A DNA stretch of 64,000 bases from an uncultured delta proteobacterium (GTDB taxonomy: Bacteria > Desulfobacterota > Desulfomonilia > Desulfomonilales > Desulfomonilaceae), in assembly GCA_963789265.1 (NCBI GenBank), contig CAWBKB010000003.1, positions 896,001 through 960,000 of the forward strand, in the 5' to 3' direction. The notes beneath the pieces were generated by a model. The model was not told the DNA's origin and searched no databases. It was given only the letters and a program-made list of their open reading frames with translations. The translations under genes and the position numbers were made by a program. Numbering within the stretch: position 1 is the stretch's first letter; the number at the start of each line of letters is the position of its first letter. This document shows positions 51,127 through 62,597 of the stretch, piece after piece.

Positions 51127-52350
51127 ACCACGTACTGAAAGACCACTTTTATGGCTTTGCTTCGGGCGCGATCCGCCACCGCGTTGAAAGCACGCTCGTA
51201 CTCTTCTAACCTGAATCTATGAGTCAAAAGCTCAGAGCAAGGAAGTCCGTGATGTGCGGCAAGTTCCATCGCGATGTCGAAAGTCTCCCTCAGTTCTCCA
51301 TTGTGGGAGTCCCTGCCGGAGAAGAGGGTTCCGCTAATTTTGATGCTCTTGAACCACAACGGTGTCATGTCGAAGCCGGACGCCTGATTGACGCCCATAA
51401 GCACAACTCTCTTGCCCTCACCGGCAAAACGGAGAGCATCTCCAATATGATCCCCCGAGCCGGTTGTTTCGTAAACCAGATCCGCGCCGCCTTCCAAAGT
51501 AATGCGTCCCACTTCCGGATAGCGAACTGTGCCGTTCACGAATGCGGCCACCTCTTCGTAGGCTGTCGCGGGGTTGTTCGCTAAGACCGCATCTGCTTCC
51601 GACAATTTACGGACCGCATCGACTTCAAAGGAGTGGGTGCAGACAACAAGAATTTTCACCCTATATCCCAAGAGTTGCAATGCCTCGAGGGTCAGTAGGC
51701 CCAGTGAGGCCGCGCCCATCACGATCACGCGATCGCCCGCCGTGGGAGGATGCTGCAGAAACTGCTCTCACAGCGCGAGCGAATTCCGGTACAAGTATGG
51801 CCTGGTCGCTCTCCATGTTTTGAGGCAGCCGGCGCACCTGGCTTTGATGTGCGATGAAGTAGTCGCCCCATCCACCGGACGTGTCTCTGCACGCTCCAAT
51901 CATCATTCCCGGGCCGATAACTCCCTTGGCGAAGTTTCTGCACGAAGACGGTTCCCCGCGGGAGCAAGACGGACAGGGAGGTTGCACTTGTCGCGGTCGG
52001 CAAGATAAGAGAGGGTCTACAACCACACGCTCACCGGGTTCGATCCCTTGCACCTCTTCTCCGACTTCGGTCACGATGCCCAAATTCTCGTTTCCCGGAA
52101 CAAACGGGAAAGAGAGGAACGCCCCGAGCGGAGATGGGTCATGATGAAGGATCATGGCTTCATCCATGCCGGAAATTCCTGACATGATCGCACGAACTCT
52201 TACCCACTGGTGACTCACCAGCGTCGGTTCGGGAACCTCGGCCGACTGAAGTGTTAAGCCCTGCGGAACTCTTTCTTGGTGCAAAATCTTGGATCGAACG
52301 CGGCCCCACACTTCCTTCCCGAGACTGAAATTTGCCAGAATGGCCTTCAT
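51123..52350 (-). CDS. Medium-chain (Zn-binding) dehydrogenase-like protein with degenerate catalytic site (+1 frameshift near 51760)
   Basis: GroES-like domain with C..CPSC..C structural-Zn cysteines, Rossmann domain, LTHRFRLEEY...AIKVVF C-terminus across ORFs 51661..52383 and 51123..51728. Confidence 0.8.
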
Positions 52351-52682
52351 CGGACTATCCTCCAGCTTTGCCGTTCGCAGCATTTGTTAGTGCGCCACAG
52401 AGATTTTGTCAAACCGTTTTCCTTTTACTGCTGCGGTTTTTCCCGATATGAGTTCGGCAGAGATGTAATGCGCGCGGGCTGTTGCCGAAACTTGACATCA
52501 ACCTAACGATAACCCATCTTAGAACTAGAGCAGGCTAAACCGGATAGGGATCCTGGCGGCGGACCGTTTGTTATGCCGGCTGGGGCTTAAACTGAGGCTT
52601 TTGTGAACCCGGGGGTTCCAGGTTCGCTATCCGCGCTGATGGAATGCAGCCGCTGTGCCGCGGGCAGGAGCGTTTCCTTTCA

Positions 52683-52711
52683 TTGCTTGGCAGGTAGTTT
52701 CCTGCTATAGT
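52683..52711 (+). promoter_or_regulatory. Sigma-70 promoter of ftsH
   Basis: TTGCTT-17 bp-TATAGT with extended -10 TG. Confidence 0.55.
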
Positions 52712-52752
52712 TATTGTAATTGCTTGCGAAAATTTAGTCATTGGAGAATTTC

Positions 52753-54672
52753 TTGAACGGCATATACAAAAATCTGGGCTTATGGCTCGTCATTTGCCTT
52801 GTGATGATTTTCCTGTTTCATCTGTTTCAACAAAACAAGCCCCCTCAAAAAGAAATATCGTACAGCCAGTTTAGGCAAGAGATCGATCAAGGGGCGGTGA
52901 AATCGGTCACGTTGCAGGGTAATCGGATAAAAGGGACTTATGTCGATAGTTCAGGCAAGTTTCGAACTCTAGCCCCAGCGGATACGCAGCTAATACCTTC
53001 CTTGATGAAGCACAAAGTAGATATCAAGGTGCTGCCGGAAGATGACAACCCCTGGTATTTGACGGCTTTGATATCATGGCTTCCCATGGTCTTTCTCATA
53101 GCCATATTTGTATTCTTTATGCGGCAAATGCAGGCCGGCGGCGGCAAGGCCATGAGTTTTGGCAAAAGCAGGGCGCGCCTGATCAGCGAATCGCAGAACA
53201 AAGTTACTTTTCAGGACGTGGCCGGAATTGAGGAAGCCAAGGATGAGTTGGGGGAAATAATCGAGTTTCTGCGTGATCCCAAGAAATTCACCCGCCTTGG
53301 CGGAAAAATTCCCAAGGGAGTGCTCCTGATGGGTGCGCCCGGAACAGGAAAAACGCTTCTCGCCAAAGCTGTGGCCGGTGAGGCCAGCGTGCCGTTCTTC
53401 TCGATTTCGGGATCGGATTTCGTCGAGATGTTTGTGGGTGTGGGGGCTTCACGCGTACGGGATCTCTTCATCCAGGGAAAGAAAAACGCTCCGTGCATCA
53501 TTTTCATCGATGAGATTGACGCAGTGGGGCGTCATCGAGGGGCGGGGCTAGGCGGCGGCCATGACGAACGGGAACAGACGTTGAATCAACTCCTAGTGGA
53601 GATGGACGGCTTCGAAACCAATGAAGGTGTCATCCTGATAAGCGCGACCAATAGGCCTGACGTTCTTGACCCGGCTCTTCTTCGGCCGGGACGGTTTGAC
53701 CGCCAGGTTGTGGTCCCTCCGCCGGACATTAGGGGCAGAACCGCAATCCTTTCCGTCCATACACGCAAGACCCCAATGGCCAAAAATGTGGATCTCGAAA
53801 CAATCAGCCGAGGCACGCCGGGATTTTCAGGCGCGGATCTGGCCAATCTGGTCAATGAAGCCGCTCTCAACGCGGCGAGGCGAAACCAGAACCAGATCGA
53901 GATGGCAGATTTCGAGTTCGCCAAAGACAAAATACTGATGGGAGGTGAGCGCCGTAGCCTCGTCATCAGTCTCGAAGAACGAAGAAATACGGCTTATCAT
54001 GAGGCCGGCCACGCTTTCGTCGCACGAAAGATGCCCGGAGCCGATCCCATTCATAAGGTGACCATCATCCCCCGTGGCCGAGCGCTCGGCGTCACTCAAC
54101 AACTCCCGCTTGACGATCGGCACACTTACTCGAAAGAGTTTCTTATCAGCCAGATCGCCGTGTTGATGGGGGGACGGGCAGCGGAGGAGATATTCCTTGA
54201 CCACATGACTACCGGCGCGGGCAATGACATCGAGCGGGCTACGGACGTCGCAAGGAAAATGGTGTGCGAGTGGGGTATGAGCGAAGAGCTCGGCCCGTTG
54301 ACTTTCGGCCAAAAGGAAGAGCAGATCTTCCTTGGCAAGGAATTTGCCCGTCATAAGGACTATTCGGAAGAAACCGCGAAACAAATCGATTCCGAGATCC
54401 GCAGGATAGTCACGGAAAACTATGAAAAAGCCAGGAAGATCATCGAGGATCACCAGGAAACTGTGACGCGTATAGCTGAAGCCCTGCTCGAGCGAGAAAC
54501 TCTTGATGCCGGTGAAATCGAAGCCCTGATCGAAGGGCGCGAGCTCCCTCCTCTGGAGGAAGTAACAGAAACAAAGACTGCGGACAAAGGACCCATTGGG
54601 ATAGCCCCCCTTGATGACGGCAAGGTTATTGTAGGGCCTACTCCGAGCGCGCCCGACCCCGGGAAGGTTTAA
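52753..54672 (+). CDS. ftsH: ATP-dependent zinc metalloprotease FtsH
   Basis: [50 protein letters not shown] before TTG 52753. Confidence 0.97.
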   Translation: MNGIYKNLGLWLVICLVMIFLFHLFQQNKPPQKEISYSQFRQEIDQGAVKSVTLQGNRIKGTYVDSSGKFRTLAPADTQLIPSLMKHKVDIKVLPEDDNPWYLTALISWLPMVFLIAIFVFFMRQMQAGGGKAMSFGKSRARLISESQNKVTFQDVAGIEEAKDELGEIIEFLRDPKKFTRLGGKIPKGVLLMGAPGTGKTLLAKAVAGEASVPFFSISGSDFVEMFVGVGASRVRDLFIQGKKNAPCIIFIDEIDAVGRHRGAGLGGGHDEREQTLNQLLVEMDGFETNEGVILISATNRPDVLDPALLRPGRFDRQVVVPPPDIRGRTAILSVHTRKTPMAKNVDLETISRGTPGFSGADLANLVNEAALNAARRNQNQIEMADFEFAKDKILMGGERRSLVISLEERRNTAYHEAGHAFVARKMPGADPIHKVTIIPRGRALGVTQQLPLDDRHTYSKEFLISQIAVLMGGRAAEEIFLDHMTTGAGNDIERATDVARKMVCEWGMSEELGPLTFGQKEEQIFLGKEFARHKDYSEETAKQIDSEIRRIVTENYEKARKIIEDHQETVTRIAEALLERETLDAGEIEALIEGRELPPLEEVTETKTADKGPIGIAPLDDGKVIVGPTPSAPDPGKV

Positions 54673-54813
54673 GCGCCGTTGCAAAACTTCGCCGGCAGTT
54701 TAGATCGTGCAGAGGTGAAGCGTTTGCAACCCAGCGGGAAGCGAAGCCTCCGCACGCCTCTTCAAAATCTTCCAAGCAAAGCAGACGATTCCATCCAAAG
54801 CCATTCTCCAACC

Positions 54814-55680
54814 ATGAATATTATGCCTCAGCACATTCCTCTGCCTCGCTCTATTCTCGACCTCTCGTCCCGTACGCTGGTAATGGGCGTCATCAACGCT
54901 ACTCCGGACTCTTTTTCCGATGGCGGGAAACACCTCGATCCTGAAATTGCCATTGCCGCGGGCCTTGAAATGTTGCGGGCCGGCGCCGACATCGTTGACG
55001 TGGGCGGAGAATCTACTCGGCCGGGTTCCCTGTATGTCAACGAGCGAGAGGAACTGGGTAGGTCCGTTCCTGTGATCCAGGCAATATCCCAGGCCAGTCC
55101 CGATGCGGTGATCTCCATTGATACCCGCCGCAGAGGTGTGGCGGAAGCTGCTGTCAGGGCCGGCGCTCAAATAATCAATGACGTTACGGGCTTCCGGGAC
55201 GATCCCAGCATCGTTGATTTCGCTCGGGAGGCCGAGACGGGCCTTGTGGTCATGCACATGTTGGGCACTCCCAAGACCATGCAGACAGAGATCCGATATG
55301 CGTCTTTTCCCGGGGATATTTATTCTTTTCTCCAGGAGCGGGTGCAGAGTCTGGAGGAATCGGGCATCGCTCCTGCGAGAATTGTCGTGGATCCCGGTAT
55401 CGGGTTCGGTAAAACTTTCGACCAGAACCTCACGCTCATAAATCGGCTCGATGTGTTCAAGCCTCTCGGCAAAGCCATTTTGGTAGGGCCGTCAAGAAAG
55501 GCGTTTCTGGGAAGGATTTTGGAGGAACCGGTCGCAAACAGGCGCGATGTCGGCACCCTTGGTGCAGTTGCCGCGGCCGTGCTTCGCGGTGCTTCCATAG
55601 TCCGCGTTCACAACGTGCCTTCAGCCGTGCAGGTCTGCAAGGTTGTCGACGCTGTTGTAAAAGAGAAGGCAATCCCATGA
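54814..55680 (+). CDS. folP: Dihydropteroate synthase
   Basis: MGVINATPDSFSDGG, GGESTRPG, DPGIGFGK, SRKAF, RVHNV; start approximate. Confidence 0.95.
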   Translation: MNIMPQHIPLPRSILDLSSRTLVMGVINATPDSFSDGGKHLDPEIAIAAGLEMLRAGADIVDVGGESTRPGSLYVNEREELGRSVPVIQAISQASPDAVISIDTRRRGVAEAAVRAGAQIINDVTGFRDDPSIVDFAREAETGLVVMHMLGTPKTMQTEIRYASFPGDIYSFLQERVQSLEESGIAPARIVVDPGIGFGKTFDQNLTLINRLDVFKPLGKAILVGPSRKAFLGRILEEPVANRRDVGTLGAVAAAVLRGASIVRVHNVPSAVQVCKVVDAVVKEKAIP

Positions 55681-56066
55681 TCCTTGGCGTTGGAGTCGAT
55701 CTTGTGGATGTCCGTCGCATGGAAAGGGCATTGAAGTGCCGATGGGGGATGCGGTTCGTCGCGCGGGTCTTTTCGGAAGAAGAGATTTCAGTTTGCAGTA
55801 ACGCTCCTCAGCCCTCTCAGGGGTACGCAGCTCGTTTTGCCGCGAAGGAGGCGCTGGCAAAGGCGCTGGGCACGGGCTTTTCAAGAGGTGTATCCCCTCG
55901 CCGGATAGTGGTGCGAGGCGGCGAACGGCGTCAACCGCGCATAGCCTTGCTGGGCAGGGCACAAGAGCTGGCCCAATCAATGCACGTAACAGCAATTCAC
56001 GTTTCTCTGAGTCACACTCCACAAACTGCCTGTGCTGTGGTAGTGCTTGAAAAAGAAGATACGTAA
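55677..56066 (+). CDS. acpS: Holo-[acyl-carrier-protein] synthase
   Basis: GVGVDLV, ARFAAKEALAKALGTG, VSLSH. Confidence 0.95.
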   Translation: MILGVGVDLVDVRRMERALKCRWGMRFVARVFSEEEISVCSNAPQPSQGYAARFAAKEALAKALGTGFSRGVSPRRIVVRGGERRQPRIALLGRAQELAQSMHVTAIHVSLSHTPQTACAVVVLEKEDT

Positions 56067-56359
56067 GCTAACAAAATACTCCTTTTCTCAAATACGGCTC
56101 CTATTTCGGACAATGTCGTTCATGCTTGCAAACCTGTCCGATCTCGTCACCCTGGGCTCCGATCGGGTCCAGTCTATCCTGTGTCTCGCAAGACCGCGTC
56201 CGCGGGGATGATGCGATAATGGCAGGTTTTCCAACCTGCCCCACATAAGTCTGGATTCCCGCGGGATGGGGAACGGCTTCCAGGGCCCAATGTTACCGGG
56301 GTGCCGGGTGCCACTGACCTGGGTACCATCCTGGTCACCAGATCAGTGCAGCTTTGAAT

Positions 56360-56499
56360 TTCTGGTTCCCAATCCCGCGTCTCGCGGGACTGGGAACCCA
56401 TACCTAGCGGGCTCTGCCCGCAAACTGCCTTAATTTCACTATCATGGTCGAGGCAGAGCCTCGTTGACAGGCATTCCCAGGCAGAGCCTGGGAACGAGA
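56360..56499. repeat. ~140-bp interspersed repeat, copy 2 (inverted relative to 32581-32725)
   Basis: Reverse complement aligns with 32581-32725 over nearly its full length. Confidence 0.8.
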
Positions 56500-56545
56500 G
56501 AAGTTTGAGAAAGTTTCGCCCCCCTACCCGCGCTCTGGACGCCAT

Positions 56546-57709
56546 CTATACAATCTGCGCCACAATAACTTTCAAATAACGAGTCTCAGTCATAGATAAA
56601 AGGACAGGATGGTCAGGACCTTGCCCGCGAGTGTCCAGTATCCACAATTCCTTGCCACTCTGCCGCGCGGCTATCGCCAGAGTCTCTTCGAAAGCCTGAG
56701 CATCCAAGTGATGCGAACAGGAGCAGGTCACCAGAATCCCCCCGGGATTCATTTTGGTCAATGCGCGCCGATTTATGTCAATATATCCCTTTTGGCCTTC
56801 CTTTACTTGGGAACGGCTCTTGATAAAGGCAGGCGGGTCAAGGATCACCACCTCCCAGATTTCATGGCTTTTCTTTAGAAATTCCAACGCGTTTTCGCGG
56901 ACTCCGTGAAAGCGATCAGCTAGGCCGTTGAGAGCAGCATTCGACTCGGCCAGATTGACTGCGCTTTGGGATGAATCCACCCCGGTAACTTGTGCGGCGC
57001 CTGCGGCCGCGGCGTGAAGACCCCACGCGCCCGTGTAGCAGAACAAGTCCAACACTTTGGCTCCGGGAAAAACATACTGCTTCATCAAGGGGCGATTGGC
57101 CTCCTGATCCAGGAAGAAACCGGTCTTTTGCCCGTTGACCACATCCACAACGAACTTCAAGCCCCCTGAAGCTATTGTGACTGCTTCCGGAACCGCCCCA
57201 TAAGCAAGTCGTTTGTCTTGCGTTAGTCCTTCCAGAGCACGGGAGGGTGAATCATTGCGCAGATAGATTCCATCCGGCGCAACAGCCTTGACCAGAACCT
57301 CTAAAACTGTGTCCAAAAGGGCGTCCATCCCTGCCGTGAGGCTTTGCACCGCAAGCACTGGCCCATAACGATCTACGATCAGGCCAGGCAAGAGATCCGC
57401 CTCCCCGAATATCAGGCGATAGTAGTCTCTTTCAGGGAAAAGACGCTGCCTCCGCTCCAGGGCTGCGCCGATCCTCTGTTCCAGGAACGTCCCGTCAATC
57501 TGAACTCTTTTCCTGGACAAGATACGAGCGGTAATAAGACTCGCCGGATTGGCATAGACCATCGCCACGAATTCGCCGGCCGCATCGTGCAACTCATGGA
57601 TGGATCCGGGCTCTAACCCGGCCACGGGCGGGTCTGCAATTTCATTGGAAAAGACCCAGAGATGTCCTCTTCGCACCCTCCGGTCTGCATTTTTCTTGAG
57701 TGTGATCAC
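56546..57709 (-). CDS. RlmI-like class I SAM-dependent rRNA methyltransferase
   Basis: GHLWVFSNEI PUA-like start, GEADLLPGLIVD, GQKTGFFLDQ, LDLFCYTG, DPPAF, TCSCS; GTG start overlaps the serS stop. Confidence 0.9.
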   Translation of the reverse strand: MITLKKNADRRVRRGHLWVFSNEIADPPVAGLEPGSIHELHDAAGEFVAMVYANPASLITARILSRKRVQIDGTFLEQRIGAALERRQRLFPERDYYRLIFGEADLLPGLIVDRYGPVLAVQSLTAGMDALLDTVLEVLVKAVAPDGIYLRNDSPSRALEGLTQDKRLAYGAVPEAVTIASGGLKFVVDVVNGQKTGFFLDQEANRPLMKQYVFPGAKVLDLFCYTGAWGLHAAAAGAAQVTGVDSSQSAVNLAESNAALNGLADRFHGVRENALEFLKKSHEIWEVVILDPPAFIKSRSQVKEGQKGYIDINRRALTKMNPGGILVTCSCSHHLDAQAFEETLAIAARQSGKELWILDTRGQGPDHPVLLSMTETRYLKVIVAQIV

Positions 57710-58989
57710 GATTTGCTCTTCTTTGGTTCGATGCGTTCCAGCCCATTCATCAATGGGCGCAGAACTTCGGGGATTTTTACGCTCCCGTCGGCATTTTGAA
57801 AATTCTCCAGAATCGGAATCAGAATGCGAGGAGATGCAATGGCCGTGTTGTTTAGCGTGTGGCAGAACTGCGTCTTGCCGTTCTTTCCGCGCCATCTGAT
57901 CCGTAGCCTGCGGGCCTGAAACTCGTGGAGACTGGAACAGGAATGGGTTTCGGAATATTTATTGCGGCTGGGCATCCACGTCTCTATCTCGTGTTTGAGC
58001 ACTTGCCCCTGCCCAATTTCAGCCCCGCAGGCCAACGCGACTCGATACGGCAGTCCAAGCGCCTGCATAAGTTCTTCGGAATTGCTCAGGAGAAGCTGGT
58101 GTTCGGTTCTGGACACCTCAGAGTCGTTAACGCATATCACCACCTGCTCCACTTTGTTGAACTGGTGCAGGCGGTAGAAGCCGCGAGTGTCACGTCCGTA
58201 GGACCCGGCCTCCCTTCGAAAGCACGTTGAATAGCCGCAGTAGTGCTTTGGCAGCTCCTTTTCGTTGAGGATCTCGTCCATGTGATAAGAAACCAGGGCA
58301 ACTTCCGACGTGCCTATCAAATAGAGCTCGTCCTTCTCCACGAAGAACGTGTCTTCCTCGCCGAGAGGGAAGAACCCCGTTCCAATCATGGCCTCACGGC
58401 GTACTAGCTGCGGGACGATCATAGGACCGAAGCCTTTCGACACCAGGTGGTCCAGAGCGAATTTGAATAAGGCGAATTCCAACATCGCCCCTTCATTCTT
58501 CAGGCAGTACATGCGCGCGCCCGCGAATTTTACAGCGCGGGGCATGTCCACTATGTCCAGCGATTCAGCCAGTTCGAGATGATCCTTGAGGGGAAAGTCA
58601 AAAGCAGGGGGTTGCCCGAAGGAACGAACTTCCACATTGTCGTCATCGGATTCCCCTTCCGGGACCTCCGGCAGGGGAGGATTGGGCACCGTGAGCATCA
58701 GCTCTTCAAAACGGTTTTCGATCTCCTTAAGCTCCGGCTCCTTCCGGCCCAAGCTGTCCCTGATGTTTTTCACATGCGCTATAGCCCGCTCCTTGTCCTC
58801 GGCCTTGAGTTTGGGGACTTCTTTTGAAAGCCGGTTGCGGTCCGCACGAAGGTTCTCCACTTCGGCTTTGAGGCTTCTCACCTTTTCGTCCACGGCGAGA
58901 AGCTCATCGAGGTCCATTTTCATCCGTTTTTTTCGGATGCCTTCTTTTATGACGTCAGGATTATTGCGGATAAAGCTAATGTCCAGCAT
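57706..58989 (-). CDS. serS: Serine--tRNA ligase
   Basis: MLDISFIR, LIGTSE, CFRREAGSYGRDTRG, HQFNKVE, HTLNNT. Confidence 0.97.
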   Translation of the reverse strand: MLDISFIRNNPDVIKEGIRKKRMKMDLDELLAVDEKVRSLKAEVENLRADRNRLSKEVPKLKAEDKERAIAHVKNIRDSLGRKEPELKEIENRFEELMLTVPNPPLPEVPEGESDDDNVEVRSFGQPPAFDFPLKDHLELAESLDIVDMPRAVKFAGARMYCLKNEGAMLEFALFKFALDHLVSKGFGPMIVPQLVRREAMIGTGFFPLGEEDTFFVEKDELYLIGTSEVALVSYHMDEILNEKELPKHYCGYSTCFRREAGSYGRDTRGFYRLHQFNKVEQVVICVNDSEVSRTEHQLLLSNSEELMQALGLPYRVALACGAEIGQGQVLKHEIETWMPSRNKYSETHSCSSLHEFQARRLRIRWRGKNGKTQFCHTLNNTAIASPRILIPILENFQNADGSVKIPEVLRPLMNGLERIEPKKSKS

Positions 58990-59026
58990 AAAGTTCTCCT
59001 CAAAAATGGACCGGCCGGCCGATGTT

Positions 59027-59347
59027 TCAGGACTGATCTTTCAATGGCCTCGGTTTCAGGGTCTGAGACCTTGACAATGCGGATCTGAGTGCCTTGGAAG
59101 GCGGGCTCCATACCTTACGACGCATCATTTCTACGCGGTCTTTTTCCTCCGGCTCCTTCGAATCGGGTGTTCCTTTCCCGAACGCGGCCTCTATATATGC
59201 GGCAAGCTCTTGCTGCTCTTTCGGCAACATGTCGGCATAAAGCCTCTCCAGAGTCTGCCGCTCGGTTTTCGTCATGGCACCCGGCCCTATCCTGCGAGAC
59301 GCTTCCAACCATTTGCGCTGTTTTTCGGTTAAGTCATGCTCTTCCAA
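59027..59347 (-). CDS. Hypothetical protein
   Basis: AGGAG RBS before TTG; helical, charged sequence; co-oriented with serS. Confidence 0.5.
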   Translation of the reverse strand: MEEHDLTEKQRKWLEASRRIGPGAMTKTERQTLERLYADMLPKEQQELAAYIEAAFGKGTPDSKEPEEKDRVEMMRRKVWSPPSKALRSALSRSQTLKPRPLKDQS

Positions 59348-59739
59348 GTTAATATCTCCTGACCGTCCCAGAAAGAAAGCCTCAAACAAAACCGATGCCT
59401 TTGAATGACCTTCAAGCGGGGGCGGCTCATGCCGATTCACTTTCAAACAAGTGAGAATGGGCCAATAGCACATTGCACTGACCTAGCGCCATCATGGCGC
59501 TAGGTCAGTGGCACCCAACCTCCAGTGAAGATAGGGTCCCGGGTGCCATCCCGCGTCCCGCTGGAGGCTTTGTCAGATCCGTGCTGTATTTCCTTGATTG
59601 TCCATCGTTTCATCGCGCCTTGGTATTAAAGAACCGAAGGCCCATCATTTGTTCCGGAGTCAACTTACCAAGTCATCTTGAGTCCCGCAAGCCGTTTCCG
59701 GTGGTTAGGGTAAGCATTTTGACTAGAAAAGATAGATCT

Positions 59740-59818
59740 TGTCATTGCGAGCACAGCGAAGCAATCTCTGCTCCACTTTGCCGGAGATTGCTTCGTCGTT
59801 TTACTTCTCGCAATGACA
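59740..59818. repeat. Palindromic repeat TGTCATTGCGAG...GAAGCAATCTC...GAGATTGCTTC...CTCGCAATGACA
   Basis: Two nested inverted repeats; same termini as 38470-38625. Confidence 0.75.
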
Positions 59819-59930
59819 GGTGCGCGAGATGCCCCAGCATAATTGTAGTACGTTGTTTAGAATCCTTCCCCTTGCTCGTTCTGCTGATTTTGACTATATT
59901 CCGGGGCACGTCACGAAACGAAGGGACAAC

Positions 59931-61601
59931 ATGCCAGCGAAAACGCTCAACCTTTTCGTGCTTGTGGTGTTGGCTTGCTGCTTGGCAGCCGGATGCGGAG
60001 AAAGCAAAGAAAAAGCTGAGACCGCCTCCGGCAAGGAGCAGTCCAATAAACCTGTAGCTCAACAAAAATTCGAGCCCGCGTACGGTGATATGCTGATTCG
60101 AGGCAGCATAGGCGACGCCTCCGTGTTGTTGCCGGTTCTTGCTATTGATTCGGCAAGCTATGACATCATAGGTCTCATCTATAACGGCTTGCTCAAGTAC
60201 GATAAGAATATCAAACTTGTAGGCGACTTGGCCGAAAAATGGGAAATATCCGAAGACAAGCTAAAAATTCGGTTTCACCTGCGCAAGAATGTAAAATGGC
60301 AGGATGGGCAGCCGTTTACTAGCAAAGATGTTGAATTTACGTACAAACTTATCATTGACCCCAAGACGCCGACCGCTTATGCCACTGATTTCAAAAAAGT
60401 TAAGAAGTTTCTGATACTGGACCCGTATACTTTCGAGGTCACTTATTATAAGCCGTATGCTCCGGCCTTGGACTCATGGGGAGTGTCGATGCTCCCCGAG
60501 CATTTGTTGAAGGGGCAGGACGTCACAAAGAGCCCTTTGAAACGTCACCCCGTCGGAACGGGTCCCTATCGCTTCGTCGAGTGGAAGACAGGCCAGGAAA
60601 TTGTCGTGGACAGTAACCACGATTACTTTGAGGGGAGGCCCTACATCGACCGAGTCCTCACACGAATAATCCCGGATCTTGCAACCATGTTCCTGGAACT
60701 GAAGGCGGGCAGAATCGACGAGATGGACTTGACTCCCATTCAGGATAAGAGACAGACCGACTCCCCGTGGTTTAAGGAAAATTTCACGAAGTACAAGTAC
60801 CTGTCGTTCAGCTACACTTACTTGGGTTATAACTTGAAAGACTGGAAGTTCAAGGACAGGAAGGTGCGCCAGGCACTCACCACGGCGATCGACCGCCAGA
60901 GCATCGTCGACGGAGTTCTACTTGGCCTGGGTCAAGTGACTGATACGCCATACAAACCCGATTCATTCTGGTACGATCACAATGTTAAGAAATTCCCGTA
61001 CGACCCGGAAAAAGCCAAGCGGATGCTGGCCGAGGCCGGGTGGAAAGATACAAATGGGGACGGTATCCTCGAAAAGGACGGCAAGCCCTTCGAGTTCACT
61101 ATACTTATAAACCAGGGCAATGAATTGCGCAAAAATACCGCGGTAATTATTCAGAGCGACTTGAAGAAAGTCGGAATAAAAGTGAAGATACGAGTGATCG
61201 AATGGGCCGCCTTGTTGAACAACTTTGTTTATAATCGGAATTTCGAGGCCTGCCTCCTTGGGTGGACCATCGGCGTCGATCCGAACCAGATCGACATCTG
61301 GAATTCGAAAAAGATTGCGCCAAAGGAACTGAACTTCGTCACGTATCGGAATCCGGAAGTTGATCGGCTGCTCGAGGAGGGCGCGTCCACTTATGATCGA
61401 AATGAACGGAAGAAATATTACGACCGATTTCAGGAGATCATTGCAGAGGATCAACCTTACACGTTTCTCTACGTCACGGACTCGCTCCCGATTATAAGCT
61501 CCCGCGTTAAGGGAATAAAACCTTCACCTAACGGGATCGGATATAACTTCATAAAATGGTATGTTCCCAAGCAGTTGCAAAAGTACCATATTCAGCCGTG
61601 A
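59931..61601 (+). CDS. Peptide/nickel-type ABC transporter substrate-binding lipoprotein
   Basis: Lipobox LAAGC, GDLAEKWE, VKWQDG, GTGPYRF, VRQALTTAIDR. Confidence 0.92.
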   Translation: MPAKTLNLFVLVVLACCLAAGCGESKEKAETASGKEQSNKPVAQQKFEPAYGDMLIRGSIGDASVLLPVLAIDSASYDIIGLIYNGLLKYDKNIKLVGDLAEKWEISEDKLKIRFHLRKNVKWQDGQPFTSKDVEFTYKLIIDPKTPTAYATDFKKVKKFLILDPYTFEVTYYKPYAPALDSWGVSMLPEHLLKGQDVTKSPLKRHPVGTGPYRFVEWKTGQEIVVDSNHDYFEGRPYIDRVLTRIIPDLATMFLELKAGRIDEMDLTPIQDKRQTDSPWFKENFTKYKYLSFSYTYLGYNLKDWKFKDRKVRQALTTAIDRQSIVDGVLLGLGQVTDTPYKPDSFWYDHNVKKFPYDPEKAKRMLAEAGWKDTNGDGILEKDGKPFEFTILINQGNELRKNTAVIIQSDLKKVGIKVKIRVIEWAALLNNFVYNRNFEACLLGWTIGVDPNQIDIWNSKKIAPKELNFVTYRNPEVDRLLEEGASTYDRNERKKYYDRFQEIIAEDQPYTFLYVTDSLPIISSRVKGIKPSPNGIGYNFIKWYVPKQLQKYHIQP

Positions 61602-61607
61602 GGTGAC

Positions 61608-62586
61608 ATGGCCCGTTATCTTCTGAAGCGTATATTACTCATGATCCCTATTCTGTTCGGGATCACAATTATTTCTTTCGGGGTCATGAAACTCGCTCCT
61701 GGTGACCCTGTCAGCATGTTTACCGATCTCAATCCGAAGATGAACAAGGAGGCCGTTGATCGAATCAGGGCCCATTACGGACTTGATAAACCCTGGTACG
61801 TTCAGGTACGAAAAATGGCTGAAAAACATGCTGATGTTGGATTTCGGAAGATCGTTCGCTCCTGACAATCGCCCTGTCATAGACAAGATCCGCGAACGCA
61901 TCCCCATAACATTGGCAATCAACCTTCTTTCTTTGATCCTGATTCTCGTGGTGGCAATACCCATAGGTGTGATATCCGCGGTGAGACAGAATTCACTCCT
62001 TGATAAGGGGACAACTGTCTTTGTTTTTCTTGGTTTTGCCATGCCCACTTTTTGGCTTGCACTTTTGCTGATGATACTTTTTGGTGTGCAACTCGAATGG
62101 CTGCCGATCTCCGGGATCTGGTCTCTGAATTACTCGGAACTTACTTTTTCGGGGAAGGTTTTGGACCTTGCACGGCATCTTACGCTGCCGGTTTTCGTAT
62201 CGGCTTTCGGAGGTCTGGCAGGTTTCAGCCGTTACATGAGGTCAAACATGCTGGAAGTGATCCGCCAGGATTATGTGACCACGGCTCGGGCCAAGGGGCT
62301 CGATGAACGCACCGTGATATATAAGCACGCGCTCCGCAATGCGCTGCTGCCGGTGATCACGATCCTGGGGCTCTCTATTCCCGGTCTCATTGGAGGAAGT
62401 GTCATCTTTGAGTCGATTTTCGCCATCCCGGGAATGGGGTTGCTTTTCTATCAATCCGTTATGATGCGAGACTATCCCACCATAATGGGAATACTGGTGA
62501 TCGGTGCGATTCTCACTCTGTTTGGGAATCTCTTGGCCGATTTGTTCTATTCCTTGGCAGATCCGAGAATTCGGGTTACGGATTAG
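61608..62586 (+). CDS. ABC transporter permease, OppB/DppB-like (+1 frameshift near 61805)
   Basis: [43 protein letters not shown]. Confidence 0.92.
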
Positions 62587-62597
62587 GAAAGGGAAGA

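Noticed and set aside
52541..52633. 6S RNA, SRP RNA or tRNA-Sec identity for the hairpin before ftsH
   Set aside because: Only short coincidental similarity; no SRP GGAA loop motif, no cloverleaf with UCA anticodon, too short for the 6S rod and not in the usual zapA-ygfA context.
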